From: Nemertoderma westbladi
Lineage: Eukaryota > Animalia > Xenacoelomorpha
Assembly (NCBI GenBank): GCA_032718475.1
Contig: JAUCBJ010000432.1
Location: 1-40,509 of the forward strand
Direction of reading: 5' to 3'
Length of the DNA stretch: 40,509 nt
How positions within the stretch are numbered: position 1 is the first letter of the stretch; every line of letters begins with the position of its first letter. Shown one piece after another: positions 10,031 through 22,745 of the stretch. The translations under genes were made by a program, and so were the position numbers. Under the pieces are notes generated by a model, which did not search any database, had not been told where the DNA came from, and saw only the letters and a list, made by a program, of their open reading frames with translations.

Positions 10031-10231
10031 CTAGCTGGGAATACCCGAGGTGGGTTACCCGGTATCCCGCCGGTACCGGTACCGAACGTCAATTAAACTT
10101 TTCGAAAAGTGGCCTATTACGACCGCTCGTTAAAGTTATACACATATGCCAAGTCCCTGCGCCCGTTTTGGAGGAGTTCGAGCACAACAGAGAGAGAGAG
10201 AGAGAGAAAATTTGACTTTTATAGGTATAGA
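10031..10231 (-). mobile_element. Short non-autonomous Helitron-like element
   Basis: The minus strand starts TCTATACCTATAAAAG followed by (CT)n and ends with a GC-rich imperfect hairpin then CTAG|T. No TSD. The 5' flanking base is G rather than the usual A. Confidence 0.55.
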
Positions 10232-10407
10232 CAATTAAGTTGAAATAATATCCAGTGGTTTATCAATTTTAAAAATTTTAGTCATCGTAGAGGAAGGAAT
10301 AATAGTGATAGAGAATAAATAAATGAAGAGAATAATAATATAAGAGAAGAGGAGAATAGTAAATAAGATGAGAAACAGAGCGGATCACAAATCCAAGAGA
10401 AGATACG

Positions 10408-11638
10408 TGTTCGCGCTTTTGAAGACCTTTAGCAGTTTAACCTGCCAAAATTTATATGTCTTTTAGTTAATTAAAACACCTTTAGCATACGCCAATAAGT
10501 TATGCTAATAAACAAAAACATTAGCCGAAGCCAGCCCATGCGCGATCATTCACCCGATGGATCTACACCCGGGAGGCTGAATTCGGATGCTTAGATTTTA
10601 TTATTGCAGTGTAAGGTTGCAGTGTAAACCTATTGTATTATTCGATAGATCACTAATAATTAATTTCTGACAGATATTATTAACTTTCGGGAAATATTAA
10701 CAGTTCCTTTAGGACGTGGCGCTCTATCTATTTAAACAGAGCTAGGACTTATACTAAACACAACGATAAGGCTTATGATTAAAGTATAAGTCGCATTCTT
10801 TAGGAAATGCTTTGTTACCAGTCACATCACACTCACAATCATGCACACTATTCTGCCGACCGTCAGTATATTTGATCACACATAAAGAGAACAGCAATTG
10901 ACTCAGGTAGTGTCTACTAAATAACATTAGATTCAATACACACCACATTGATATAAATCGCAATTGTTATATATAGCCCGCCTCTCTAACCTGTAGTGTA
11001 TCAAGAAAATTGGGAATTTTGGGTGATTTATCCGTATTCTCCAAAGAGCAATATTTCCATCAACAAATAGATACAATTAATAACTGACGGTAAATAGCAG
11101 TACAAACAATATGATTAGTGCAGTTAAATTAAGTGAGGTAACACCGCCGGTAACAGTTATACTTTCTATAATCTAAGCAGTTTTACTAGAGTTCTTAGAG
11201 CCGGTGTTTCTGGCTTAGACAGCAATAACAACAAAGTATCAAGTAAAAACAGTAAGACTGAACACTCTCCTTATGATCGGCTGAAAAGCTACACGTCGAC
11301 AGGAAAAATCGCTCTGATTGGCTCAAGCCAAACAAAGAACCATGCGTCCAATGGCTGTTTCCATGTCAGCAACCAGCTGTTAGATGTCGTAATATGAATC
11401 ATCACGGCTAAGCTGTGAAAGGCAGTTGGTGCATTACAGGTTTTTTGCCTTACCATGTCCGCCAAAACACGTATATAGCAGAATGACTTTTATGTCCGTT
11501 AAAACACCTGTAACGGTACCTTGCGGGCGAGGGGAATATATATACAGTTAGAGAACCTTTTTAGAGTATTCCAGCGCCTGGGGGGAAACTGGATTGCGAA
11601 GCAAAAGGGGCCAGTTATATCCCACAGAAGCTTTTACA
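10408..11638 (-). repeat. LTR (left copy, 3' position), itself flanked by ATACG on both sides
   Basis: TGTTCGCG...CTTTTACA. Boundaries are confirmed by where homology ends in the diverged copy at 35572-36757. ATACG at 10403-10407 and 11639-11643. Confidence 0.92.
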
Positions 11639-13751
11639 ATACGAGACGAGGAGAAGAAGAAGAAGAGCGACGTACCATGCGGAATCGTACCCACTACTTC
11701 CAAAGAGATGTGAATACCATGCCACCGATTTACCCTTATTCTAAGGTGGGAGTTCGGCATACTGTATATTTATTACACAAGAGGATAGAGGGGGTAAAGG
11801 TGATGGGGGGGGGGGGGGGGGGTGGTGTTAAGTATAGAGTGTGAATTGTAGAGGGTGGGGGGGTATGAAGATTAGTTTAAGTAACAGTATGAAAATCGCG
11901 AGAAATAGATGGGTAAGTATTAATAATTCAGCTGATATTTTTCCTGATTAATACTCAATATATAGTGGTAGTAAAATATACATGGTGAAGTAATTATAGT
12001 AAAGTAAAGTTTACTTAAACTATTAGGCCAGGGAATACTTACAAAGTCTGACAATTTTTACGATTGCTCACAAATTATTTTATGATTACTCACAAATCTT
12101 CCACCAGTACCTACCTCTATCAGTTGGTGACGACTAACAGACTCCATGGCTTCCACCAGTACCTACCTCTATCAGTTGGTGACGTCTAACAGACTCCATG
12201 GCTTCCACCAGTACCTACCTACCTCTATCAGTTGGTGACGACTAACAGACTCCATGGCTCCCACCAGTACCTACCTACCTCTATCAGTTGGTGACGACTA
12301 ACAGACTCCATGGCTTCCACCAGTACCTACCTACCTCTATCAGTTGGTGACGACTAACAGACTCCTTGGCTTCCACCAGTACCTACCTCTATCAGTTGGT
12401 GACGACTAACTGACTCCATGGCTTCCACCAGTACCTAACTCTATCAGTTGGTGACGACTAACAGACTCCTTGGCTTCCACCAGTACCTACCTCTATCAGT
12501 TGGTGACGACTAACTGACTCCATGGCTCCCACCAGTACCTACCTCTATCAGTTGGTGACGACAAACAGACTCCATGGCTTCCACCAGTACCTACCTCTAT
12601 CAGTTGGTGACGACAAACAGACTCCATGGCTCCCACCAGTACCTACCTACCTCTATCAGTTGGTGACGACTAACAGACTCCATGGCTTCCACCAGTACAT
12701 ACCTCTATCAGTTGGTGACGTCTAACAGACTCCATGGCTTCCACCAGTACCTACCTACCTCTATCAGTTGGTGACGACTAACAGACTCCATGGCTCCCAC
12801 CAGTACCTACCTACCTCTATCAGTTGGTGACGTCTAACAGACTCCATGGCTTCCACCAGTACCTACCTACCTCTATCAGTTGGTGACGACTAACAGACTC
12901 CTTGGCTTCCACCAGTACCTACCTCTATCAGTTGGTGACGACTAACTGACTCCATGGCTTCCACCAGTACCTAACTCTATCAGTTGGTGACGACTAACAG
13001 ACTCCTTGGCTTCCACCAGTACCTACCTCTATCAGTTGGTGACGACTAACTGACTCCATGGCTCCCACCAGTACCTACCTCTATCAGTTGGTGACGACAA
13101 ACAGACTCCATGGCTTCCACCAGTACCTACCTACCTCTATCAGTTGGTGACGACTAACAGACTCCTTGGCTTCCACCAGTACCTACCTCTATCAGTTGGT
13201 GACGACTAACTGACTCCATGGCTTCCACCAGTACCTAACTCTATCAGTTGGTGACGACTAACAGACTCCTTGGCTTCCACCAGTACCTACCTCTATCAGT
13301 TGGTGACGACTAACTGACTCCATGGCTCCCACCAGTACCTACCTCTATCAGTTGGTGACGACAAACAGACTCCATGGCTTCCACCAGTACCTACCTACCT
13401 CTATCAGTTGGTGACGACTAACAGACTCCATGGCTTCCACCAGTACCTATCTCTATCAGTTGGTGACGACAAACAGACTCCATGGCTCCCACCAGTACCT
13501 ACCTACCTCTATCAGTTGGTGACGACAAACAGACTCCATGGCTCCCACCAGTACCTACCTACCTCTATCAGTTGGTGACGACAAACAGACTCCATGGCTC
13601 CCACCAGTACCTACCTACCTCTATCAGTTGGTGACGACTAACAGACTCCATGGCTTCCACCAGTACCTACCTCTATCAGTTGGTGACGACAAACAGACTC
13701 CATGGCTTCCACCAGTACCTACCTACCTCTATCAGTTGGTGACGACTAACA
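11639..13751. repeat. Duplicate of the element's right flank (23977-26084)
   Basis: Same sequence and same order of satellite variants. The only difference noticed is the poly-G length (18 vs 13). Confidence 0.93.
12099..13751. repeat. 52/56-bp tandem array, copy 1 (about 31 units)
   Basis: Unit CTTCCACCAGTACCTACCT(ACCT)CTATCAGTTGGTGACGACTAACAGACTCCATGG. Confidence 0.97.
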
Positions 13752-13807
13752 GTTAAACTAACAATTAACAACTAACTAACTAACTAACAATTAAATCTGC
13801 AATACGC

Positions 13808-14423
13808 TCAATAAATTTCCATCGCCGGTTGTTCGTGGAAATAGGAACAGCGGACGTTTGTGTCCATGGGCGTAACATGGTCTCTCGATGCGCATAACCG
13901 ACAACGTTGCCGAGAAACATAGTTGGCATGGCGATAATCGTACGCAGTGAGACACTGTGGACCTTGATACCATTCTAGGATGTAATCATTGTCGCTGTTC
14001 CGAGCGCGATAGGCTGAATCTCCTCAGATTCTAGGCATATTGGTTCGTCTTCCCAGTCTGTTACGAATAGAATTTTCGTGATCTATTCTCGGTTTATCGT
14101 TACGACTCCGCTGGGTATGATATTTAAATAGAACCATTTCCCTTTAGGGTGTCTACATCGTCCGTATCATGTAAATCGATAGGATGGCCGGTAGTTAAGA
14201 AGTCCATACACGTACCATTACGATGCGTATAGCGAGCGGTTAATTTTCGATAGTCCAATTCACGCGTAAGTTGCTCTTGGGACATCGGCGGTTCGATATA
14301 ACGACCATCGTCCTCCGTAATAGTCGGATCGGCTTCACCGCGTATCAAGCTATCCACAAACGCTTGTAAAGGTAGAGTATATCGCTCTCTAATACCAAGG
14401 TCATCTTCTATTAATTCCGTCAT
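13808..14423 (-). pseudogene. Decayed accessory ORF of about 204 aa, 3' of gag, with a CX2CX4H zinc-knuckle-like motif
   Basis: Listed ORF 14124-14423 continues after a 1-nt frameshift near 14140 as ...TLREMVLFKYHTQR...NMPRI*GDSAY...RQRCRLCASRDHVTPMDTNVRCSYFHEQPAMEIY*, with one internal TGA. Confidence 0.55.
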
Positions 14424-15232
14424 ATCTGCTATCTGAGTTTATTAATATTAGTATGAGTCAATATTTAGGCAAGCGGGCGTCGCTGCCTACTAGTCTTTGA
14501 CCCCGGACAGTGGGTTTCTCAGCGCCGATGTACCGTTGTCGCGGTGTTTGCGCCAACATGTAGCAACAGCACGACAACGATAATCGACACAAGTCCCACC
14601 ACTGTCCGTCCCAAAGGCTTGAATCCACTTGAGGTTATCTCGGTAGAGTTAGGCTACTTTACAATTGCGATTAGCTACTGTAAACACACTTTAGTAGTAT
14701 CATTCACCTATAAACGCACAAATTCCATACAATCATTACTTACTGCACACATGCAAGCCATTTTGTCCGTTAGTCATTGTCTTCCAGAATGTCACGTTAT
14801 TACTATGTATCCTTGGATACTAATAGTGCGCTATGTATTCTCTTATGCTACGCAATGGGGCAAGCCTTTATTGTTCCTTTAACTTGCTTCTAATTCCAGC
14901 GTGGGTGTTGCCATGGTGACATTATGGAAAACTAGCGGTAGAATTAGGGTAATTCTCATGCATACAGATCTGGGATGTTATTTAATAGTAATTCTTTAAT
15001 TGTCAATATCCTCTTTATGCATGATTTTTTAAATTTTATCGGCTATTGACTATATGTTGGAGATTCTCACACTCTAATACACTCAATATGAATCTCCGCT
15101 CCCATGATCTATTAATTACTGGAATTTTGGGAATGTTATAAATTGCACAAATGACAATTTATGAAATTCATTTGAATATGAATTTAAATTTATTCCCGTG
15201 AATTTTATTATTTGATGTTAAATTGACATAAA

Positions 15233-15495
15233 TTTTATTCCAGAGCATATCTGGGGACTTAGGATCCTTAATTCTATAAAATAGTCCTTCTAAGAATATC
15301 GGTAAATACTGCGATATCTTAATTGACTAGAAATTTTAAAGGATCGGAATTTTACAGATTTTAATAAATATTAAATTAATATTTAGGATGGGCACCGATT
15401 TATTCCAGAACTTGTCTGGGGACATTAACCACTGATTCTAGAATTTGTCTTTCAAGTATATCGGTGGGTGCCGCGATATCTTAATCGACTAGAAT
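15233..15495. repeat. Diverged direct repeat pair (about 115 bp, about 165 bp apart) in the element's 3' region
   Basis: TTTATTCCAGA...TCTGGGGAC...TATCGGT...GCGATATCTTAAT.GACTAGAA occurs twice. Confidence 0.7.
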
Positions 15496-16046
15496 TACAG
15501 GTGGTCAAAGGGTTTAACAGATTTATTTTGCGTTATACGCTACTGTTAAAGGGACATCACACTACTATATATATTATTTAATATAAGGTAGAAGAGCAAT
15601 ATCGCACGAAGCAATGTCAGTGTGAAGAGGCAAGTCGTTTCCAAGGTCTACCCAGAGCTTGGTTTAGCCGAGACACGAGGATCTGAACTTTGCATTCCTA
15701 ATACTCTGCCTACCAATAATACTTAAATATAGTAGTGGCTTTATTGTACTTTAATAAGTACGGACATTTCATCTTACTGTAGTCACGTATTTATAATATG
15801 ATACGGACAGTAAGGAAAGAGAAAAATAATTATTTCTTGCCGTCGCACTAAATATATTATAAGTAATTACGTACGTAATAAACACGAATATATTGCACTA
15901 ATTTACTAAATAATCGCTAAAAATAACATTCTACTAAATAAAATTAAAGAAAACGATTATAATAAAATTACATAATAATACATACATAAATATAAAATAA
16001 AAAACAAATATAAAATGATATAGTCACACACCCACTCCATATGTTA

Positions 16047-19000
16047 TTATGTTATGGAGTCCCTAGATATTTGTCGGATTAGGGAAGTGGTCGTAGGAAG
16101 AGTATCTTGCCTTCCATAGTTTCCGGACAGTTTTTGGTCTCTTTCCAGTAAACATAAACGACCAGCTGGGTGATTGGGTTGTCGTGTTACTTTCTCCGCT
16201 CCCTTGGCCTGTCTAATCTCCGCCGGGTTAAGGTGGGGAGGCCATTCATCTTCTTCTTTACTTAGGGAGTCGGGTCCACCTAACCAGCCGGGAGTATCTA
16301 TCCGTTCTTGAGGAGTCGCTCCTCTGGAAGCGATGTCGGCTAGATTAATCATCTCGGGGCGATGTCTCCATTGATCTTCATTGGAGTTAATACCGTCATT
16401 ATCTGAGGAGTATGGTGTTCCCTCAGTTAGTTCGTCCACTTCACTGCTCTCCACTTCCCAACCATTTATCTGGCATATTCTTTCTGGTGGTAGTCTCTCT
16501 TCGAGAGTTCTGCGGGAAGGACCAGTAAAGTACCAACCTACTCTAGTTCTTACCGCATAGGTTTGTAGTGGCTGCGGTTGAGCAGGTCGTTTTTCCAATG
16601 TCTCGAGCGCCTCGTGCGCGTTTTGGCCGATAAGTATTTGCACTCCAGGATAATCCGTCTGGAATCGAGGTATTTTAAGTTGTTGGATGCTCTTGTCCTC
16701 GTTCCAGTTATAAGGCTCTACTTGGGTATTAGCGAAGTTCTTTATAGCTACCATTTTTACTGACCTTATACTTTGTTCTCCTAATTTATCCTGTGGGGTG
16801 GACAACGCACCTACATAGTAATCTGCCGTTATGGTAGATTTCCAAACCTGCATAATTCCGGACATATTCAACTTAGTTTGGAATTTGGGTTGTCCAGCAA
16901 AGATATCTTCGGCTAGTTCTTGATCGATGAATGTTCCTGTGCTGCCGGAGTCAAGGAGTGCGTTCACTATGTAACTTTTGTTGGGACCGTGAACTCTTAC
17001 CTGCACTACAGGAAATTCTCTGATTCCTACATTGGAAGTTGGAGTTTTCCAAGATGGTGGTTTGTCAAAAGTAGTTGGGGGAAACTCATTGGTGGTGTCT
17101 TTTTCGTAAGTAAGTGCTCGATACACTGCGGTATTTATTAGGTAACAGGATTCGTTGGCGTCGGAGAATTCGTCCGTATAGAATCCTTCCCACTCAGAAC
17201 TTTGGTCAGTGTCGTTCACATCACTGAATTGGACATGTGATTTGGGCTCACTTACCTGACTCGGGCTGTTTCGTTCGAATTCACTTTGTAACAAGATGTG
17301 ATGTTTCGCACCGCACTTTGCACACTTTATGTCGGAGTAACAGGTTCGCCGCTGGTGTCCGCGTCTGAGGCAATTATAGCATAACCGCTTGTCCCACACA
17401 ACTGTACGTCTGTCTACAAGGGATTTCTTTAGGAATTCCGCACACGCACTCAAACGGTGGGGCCCGTCGCACAGCGCACAGTTGGGTTTAATGTTACTCA
17501 CCTTATTTTGGGTGACGTTATGCACTCTAGTTCTTTCTTCGGGCTTTCTTCCGTGTACTCTGTTAGGAAACTGAAGAGGAGTCTTAGCAACCTGTTCTCT
17601 CCTGTCATGGGTTCGAGCTTTAGATTTACTTACGTCCTTTGAGGTCTTGTTAACATAGTAAAATTTCTCGGTGTCTTTCCCGCTGTCTTCTTCTTGAGAA
17701 GCTTGGCTTTCGCCGTCATCAGTATAACACACCGGTGTTACTCTTCTCCTAGAAACGGGTTTCTCACTTACCTTATTTTCCGGTGTTTTCTCTCTGGATT
17801 GCTTTAGGAGTTGTAATTTCACTTCGCCATCCAAGAATGACATGAGATCAGCCATGGTAGGGTCTCGTTGTTGTTGTTCCATCGTATATAACACCTTCTT
17901 GTCCCAGCGTGTACCTACTCCACCCTTGGGCAAAGTAGATGCTAAGGCTCCTACAACCATAGAATTCTGGTATTCATGAGACTTACCTAACCAATCTAGT
18001 TGTCTACAGATCTCCTGAATCTCATCGGAAAACTCTATAATCCCGCTGCTAAGAAACTTTCGGGGGGCCATTAATTTCGCATATAAATACCTAGCTATGT
18101 TATTCCTATTACCATACCTGATGTTTAGTGTATCCCAAACTTGTCTTAATCCATCTGGATGTCCAATAAATTTTAACGCCATTGACTTGGGAGGTCCTTC
18201 CAAGCACTCGATGAGGAATCTAAGTTTCTCTCCGTTGGATAACACAGAGTTCTGTATGTTATCTTTATAATATTCATTAAAAGGTAACCATTTCATCTCA
18301 TCTCCATTGAACTTGACTATCTCTCCAACCTTTACCGCTTGACGGGCTTCGGTTCTAGCCATTTGACGCGTAAAACTTTCTTGGGCCATCGTGTTATTGA
18401 ATATCGAGTTATCGGTATATAAATTTCTCGAATTATTATCAAGTCTATTGGGAATGTCATTAACAACTAGTGTTGAGAACTGAATCAATTTTGACTAATT
18501 TCAGTTACAGTTACAGTTTCAGTATTCAAAGTTTTGCATTTCAGTTACAGTTACAGTTTCAGTATTCAAAGTTTTGCATTTCAGTTACAGTTACAGTTTC
18601 AGTATTACAAAGTGTAACATTTCAGTTACAGTTACAGTTTCAGTATTACAAAATTGAGCATTTCAGTTTCAGTTACAGTTTCAGTTATAGATTCAATATA
18701 TATGATCTCATGTAGTAAGCAGTCATCTGAAACTAAAAATGAGGCACTTTAATATATTACTGTTATATACGCTAATAATAATGTTCATTACGAAACGTCC
18801 TCTTTCTAGAGCTAATAGGTAGTTGTTGTAGGAAAGTTGGACCCACTCTATGGTAATATTTTGTAACTAATATACTGATAGTAAGTAATGAAAGTGGCAC
18901 GTCACAAGATCACACTAAGCACCCACATTTTACTGTACATCTTGTTTCAGTGCTTGTACAGTACTGTTATCATTTATTGTTTTGGTTATAAAGCCATGCT

Positions 19001-20496
19001 TCTGAATCCTGCTCATTTTCCTTAATTCGTAATTTGTTTTAGTAATCATATATTTATTGTTTTGGTTAGACCCACCTCGATAAGCTGCTCCTTTCAATTT
19101 TAAGTTTAATTTTGTAATTTATAATGGTAAACTTGATCAAAATTTATTTTCCAGTGTGCCTCTAGTGTGATTGTGATATTAATAGTACCGGTAACATTAA
19201 TAATTAATAATGTAAAATATATATCCGTTAATATCCCTCTACCATTAGGCCTAACTTTTCTTTGTTTATCTAAAACATTTACATTTAATATGAAGCAAAA
19301 GTGGTGATAAGGCTGATAATAGTCTAATAGTTGAGACAGATAAACATAGACTATATGCTACTGTAGATCTTCGTTCACTACTTGACTCGCCAAATAAATC
19401 ACATTTGAGCTAAGTGGGCAATGGGTCTTTGATTTTATATTGTGTAATATTATGGTTTTGTTCAGAAGTGGAAAAAATTAGATTGTTTTTTATAACAATG
19501 TTTTAAAAATGATACCTATGGTAACCACTGTTATTCATTTATTAAACTATACTCTATACTTTATTACAATACTGTTTTAAATGCTCATTCATGTTAATTG
19601 TGTGATTGAGAACTGCATCGGAATTTGTTAGTTTCAGTTTCAGTTACAGTATTCAAAATACGTAATTACAGTTTCAGTTACAGTTACAGTATTCAAAATT
19701 CGCAATTACAGTTACAGTTATAGTTACAGTATCAAAAAAATCATCAAAACCATTCAGTTACAGTTGCAGTTACAGTATAATTACAGTTACAGTTCTCAAC
19801 ACTATTAACAACAGGCGTATAATCACCCTTAATAGGGTTTGCTATAGGAGTTTCTACTTCACTAGCAGTATAGATGCGTGTAGGCTCTACACCTTGCGCA
19901 TGTAATACTTCAGACCTAACAGGCTGACACACTGTTACAGGGGTTATTGGTATTCCCTTTTGTAGGTTGACTAATTTGTCGCATTCTAGTGCGATACTTT
20001 GCTGCACTTTTTGCAACTCTAACCTACTTTCCCTTACTGTTCCCTTGAGCTGCTGAACAGTCTCTTCCATTTCCCTGACCTGCTGAGAGGAGCACAAACA
20101 GTGTTCCCTCAGCTGCTCGAGCAGGAGACCCATCTCCCGTCGTCCCTCAGCTACCCACTCAACCGCCGAAGCGGGAGTCGCCAACGTAGTAGCGGGCGAG
20201 CGAGAGACGGGCGATAAATTCTTGATACCTCGCTCGGCGTCCAGGACGGGTTCGGACTCGGGAACAGTCCTACTGGGCACAGGTAGTCTTCTGGTTTGTT
20301 TCTTCAAGTAATCTTGTTTCGCCTGAAGGTTTTCCAGCTCTAGTTGGATAGTCGCTTCAGACGTCTTCCGTTCTGCTTCTGCCACTGCCTCTGCCGCTTT
20401 TCTGTCTTCTCTCCTTTCAAGACACTGTCCAAGTCGACGACTCATTCTAAAACCCTCTAAGAGACTATCTGACAATGTTTGTGTTGTGTCAGACAT
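16047..20496 (-). pseudogene. gag: BEL/Pao gag-protease polyprotein (1034 aa when reconstructed), interrupted by a hAT-type insertion, with RT and integrase absent
   Basis: Joining 20496-19805 with 18459-16047 is in frame (...DYTPVVNDIPNR...). It contains a coiled-coil N-terminus, KFNGD..KW / EKLRFL..CLEG (DUF1759-type), three Cys-His knuckles (CALC, CYNC, CAKC), protease LLDSGS / ILIG / TRVGW, then the Pao RNase H tail QWRH...ADIASRG...W.GGP...WP. Confidence 0.92.
18468..19804. mobile_element. Non-autonomous hAT-type DNA transposon (1337 bp) inserted in gag
   Basis: 15-bp TIR TAGTGTTGAGAACTG / CAGTTCTCAACACTA, 8-bp TSD TTAACAAC (18460-18467 and 19805-19812), and subterminal CAGTT(A/T) arrays. 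Confidence 0.93.
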
Positions 20497-20629
20497 TTCG
20501 CTTTATACAGTTGGATGCCTACTGCTATATATACAGTTAAAGCAAGTCTAGTAATTCAGTATCACTGCTAGCCTAATAATTAATTACCGATACTGCTACT
20601 CAGTGTAGCGTGATATATATATAATATAT

Positions 20630-20882
20630 TAGAATACCGGTATGCTTATAATATATATATAAGTATTATTACAGACTAGATTTGTCACAGAGTACCGGTA
20701 TATAAATTTAGCACAAATATATATAAATATATAATAGGCCTATAGTGAATACCGGTATACAGCTTACACTTATAGTATATATAAGTATAATTATGAACTA
20801 GAATTAATTACAGAGTACCGGTATGATTTCAGCTCAAATTTATAGAAATAAATATAATAAGCCTATGGTAAATACTGGTATG
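20630..20882. repeat. AT-rich diverged tandem repeat (about 120 bp, about 2 units) in the element leader
   Basis: AATACCGGTA-like motif at about 20633, 20748 and 20871; CAGAGTACCGGTA at about 20688 and 20811. Confidence 0.65.
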
Positions 20883-21882
20883 TCAATTATTTTAGAATAA
20901 TTGAATTTCTGAATATTTTAGGGTTACTTGGTTACTTTAACTTACTTTATTACCGTTATTTAAGCAGTAGTCCAACTGATATTGAGACCTAGTTGTTGTA
21001 TGGCAGGCCTACTATTTATAAATCGTTTGAGTTGATTTATAATATTTATATACCCGTTTAAAATGGGTTTTTGTCAATATTTGAAATAAATGTTATTATT
21101 TCTGGGGGAGTCACTACACAGAAGCTGAACGCCTCTCAGTGAAGTGCTATTTATTTGACACTAAAACTGATAATTCTAATTTACCTAAGTTACTTAATAC
21201 TACAAATTACTTACGATACGGGTGAGATTAATTCTCTAATTAAATACAACAAAATATTACGTACGAAATTTTTAGGGTAATTTTACAGGAAGTCTACAAA
21301 CCAGTCCAACAAAGGGTTAGAATTCTGGTTATTACAACGGACAGGGTACTACGGTATTTGAAATAATAAGTAGTAGTAAATATATTGTACTGTCCAGATA
21401 GGAAAATACCACCGCCTGACGACCTATAACCGTATCGCTATAGGTACTACGTTATGTATCACGGATTGTTCCTACCCAGAAGCTAATAGAGCTAACGAAT
21501 GTGCCTATCAACCACTTTACAACACAAATATACTGCCTACACTAATTACTTCGGAAAGCACTGTACACTAAACCCTAAATTAGGTACAAGTACCGGTATA
21601 ACAAATAATCAGTAGTTAAATATACTTGAACAGTTAAAAGAACCACGGCATCTGCTGGAGTGACCGAAGCACAAAATCTCCAGTCTTTACCTACGCCGAG
21701 CAGCCCTGATGTAGTACCGGGGTTAATTTAACTATAACGGTATGTATAACAAGCACAATTACTGTAGGAATAAACTTGGGGACATGAATGTTGCGAATAA
21801 TCGCATAAACTCTGAATAATAAATATTACGCTACCCGTACAGAATACTGAAACAAATACAAACCAAATGCTGGCAAACTACT

Positions 21883-22336
21883 ATCAAGCCTAAACAAACT
21901 ACAGTATGTGCAGATTCTGAAACTGTTAGTTAGTATGCGTTCTAACACGGTAGTACGACTTACTCTTTAAGAGGGGATTGACCTTACAGCTTATGGCTGC
22001 CCCAACTTACTAACGGCACTTTATCAGACCAACTCTACACACGCAGCAATCCCTTCAGACCTAAAATAGCTAGACAACAATCCAGCCTACAAATATTTGA
22101 GTAATAACTATTACGGTACCTGAACAGACCACACAAACAAACACAGGCTAAAACACTGACAGACTACAATCAAGCCTAAATAAACTACAGTATATGCAGA
22201 TTCTGAAACTGTTAGTTAGTATGCATTCTAACACGGTAGTACGACTTATTCTTTAAGAGGGGATTGACCTTCAGCATATGGCTGCCCCAACTTACTAACG
22301 GCACTTTATCAGACCAACTCTACACACACCGCAATC
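21883..22336. repeat. Direct repeat pair (about 170-bp conserved core, 286-bp spacing) in the element leader
   Basis: ATCAAGCCTAAA...CAGATTCTGAAACTGTTAGTTAG...ATCAGACCAACTCTACACAC at 21883 and 22169. Confidence 0.9.
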
Positions 22337-22745
22337 TCTCCAAACTCAACAACAGTCAGACAGCAGCTCAGCCTACAATTATCTGAACAATCTGAGCAGG
22401 GTCACACGCCTTCTGCTCAATATTAGCCTACTAGTAAATAAAACCGACAGAAATAAGTAAACTATACAAAAGAATGAGGGGTGATCAATCCCTATTCCCC
22501 TGGCAGCCTACAATATACAATAGATCACAATCGAAATAATACTAAATGTACTTGTACAGCAGTACCGGTACCGGTGATGACAGTTAGGCCTACTGACCTA
22601 CAGAAGCACCGGTTCAGTTTTACCAGTCACTACGGTATTTTGCAACCCTATTGCCTACTGCAATAAGATTATAACTGTTACTGTTCGACAGAACAGTATT
22701 AAACTGTATTTAATGCCTACACTGCAATACAAAGATAACTGTTAC

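Noticed and set aside
10754-11844. Short ORFs in the LTR and flank (and duplicates at 23092-24164)
   Set aside because: They have no recognisable motifs; one crosses the LTR boundary and changes with poly-G length.
10408-13751. A single 3.3-kb LTR (TGTT...AACA) including the satellite
   Set aside because: There is no TSD at those ends. The ATACG duplication and the diverged solo LTR both place the boundary at 11638, and the satellite continues past 26084.
14500-14920. Integrase HHCC remnant (HHGNTHAG) or env-like TM segment (VVGLVSIIVVVLLLHV) on the minus strand
   Set aside because: These are short matches in different frames broken by several stops, too weak to call without a family consensus.
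18470-18715. 81-aa ORF rich in FQLQLQFQ
   Set aside because: It is a translation of the hAT subterminal CAGTT(A/T) repeats.
22609-22626. tRNA PBS (minus strand TGGTAAAACTGAACCGG)
   Set aside because: It lies about 120 nt from the LTR and matches no tRNA 3' end I recognise, including the tRNA-Cys in this window.
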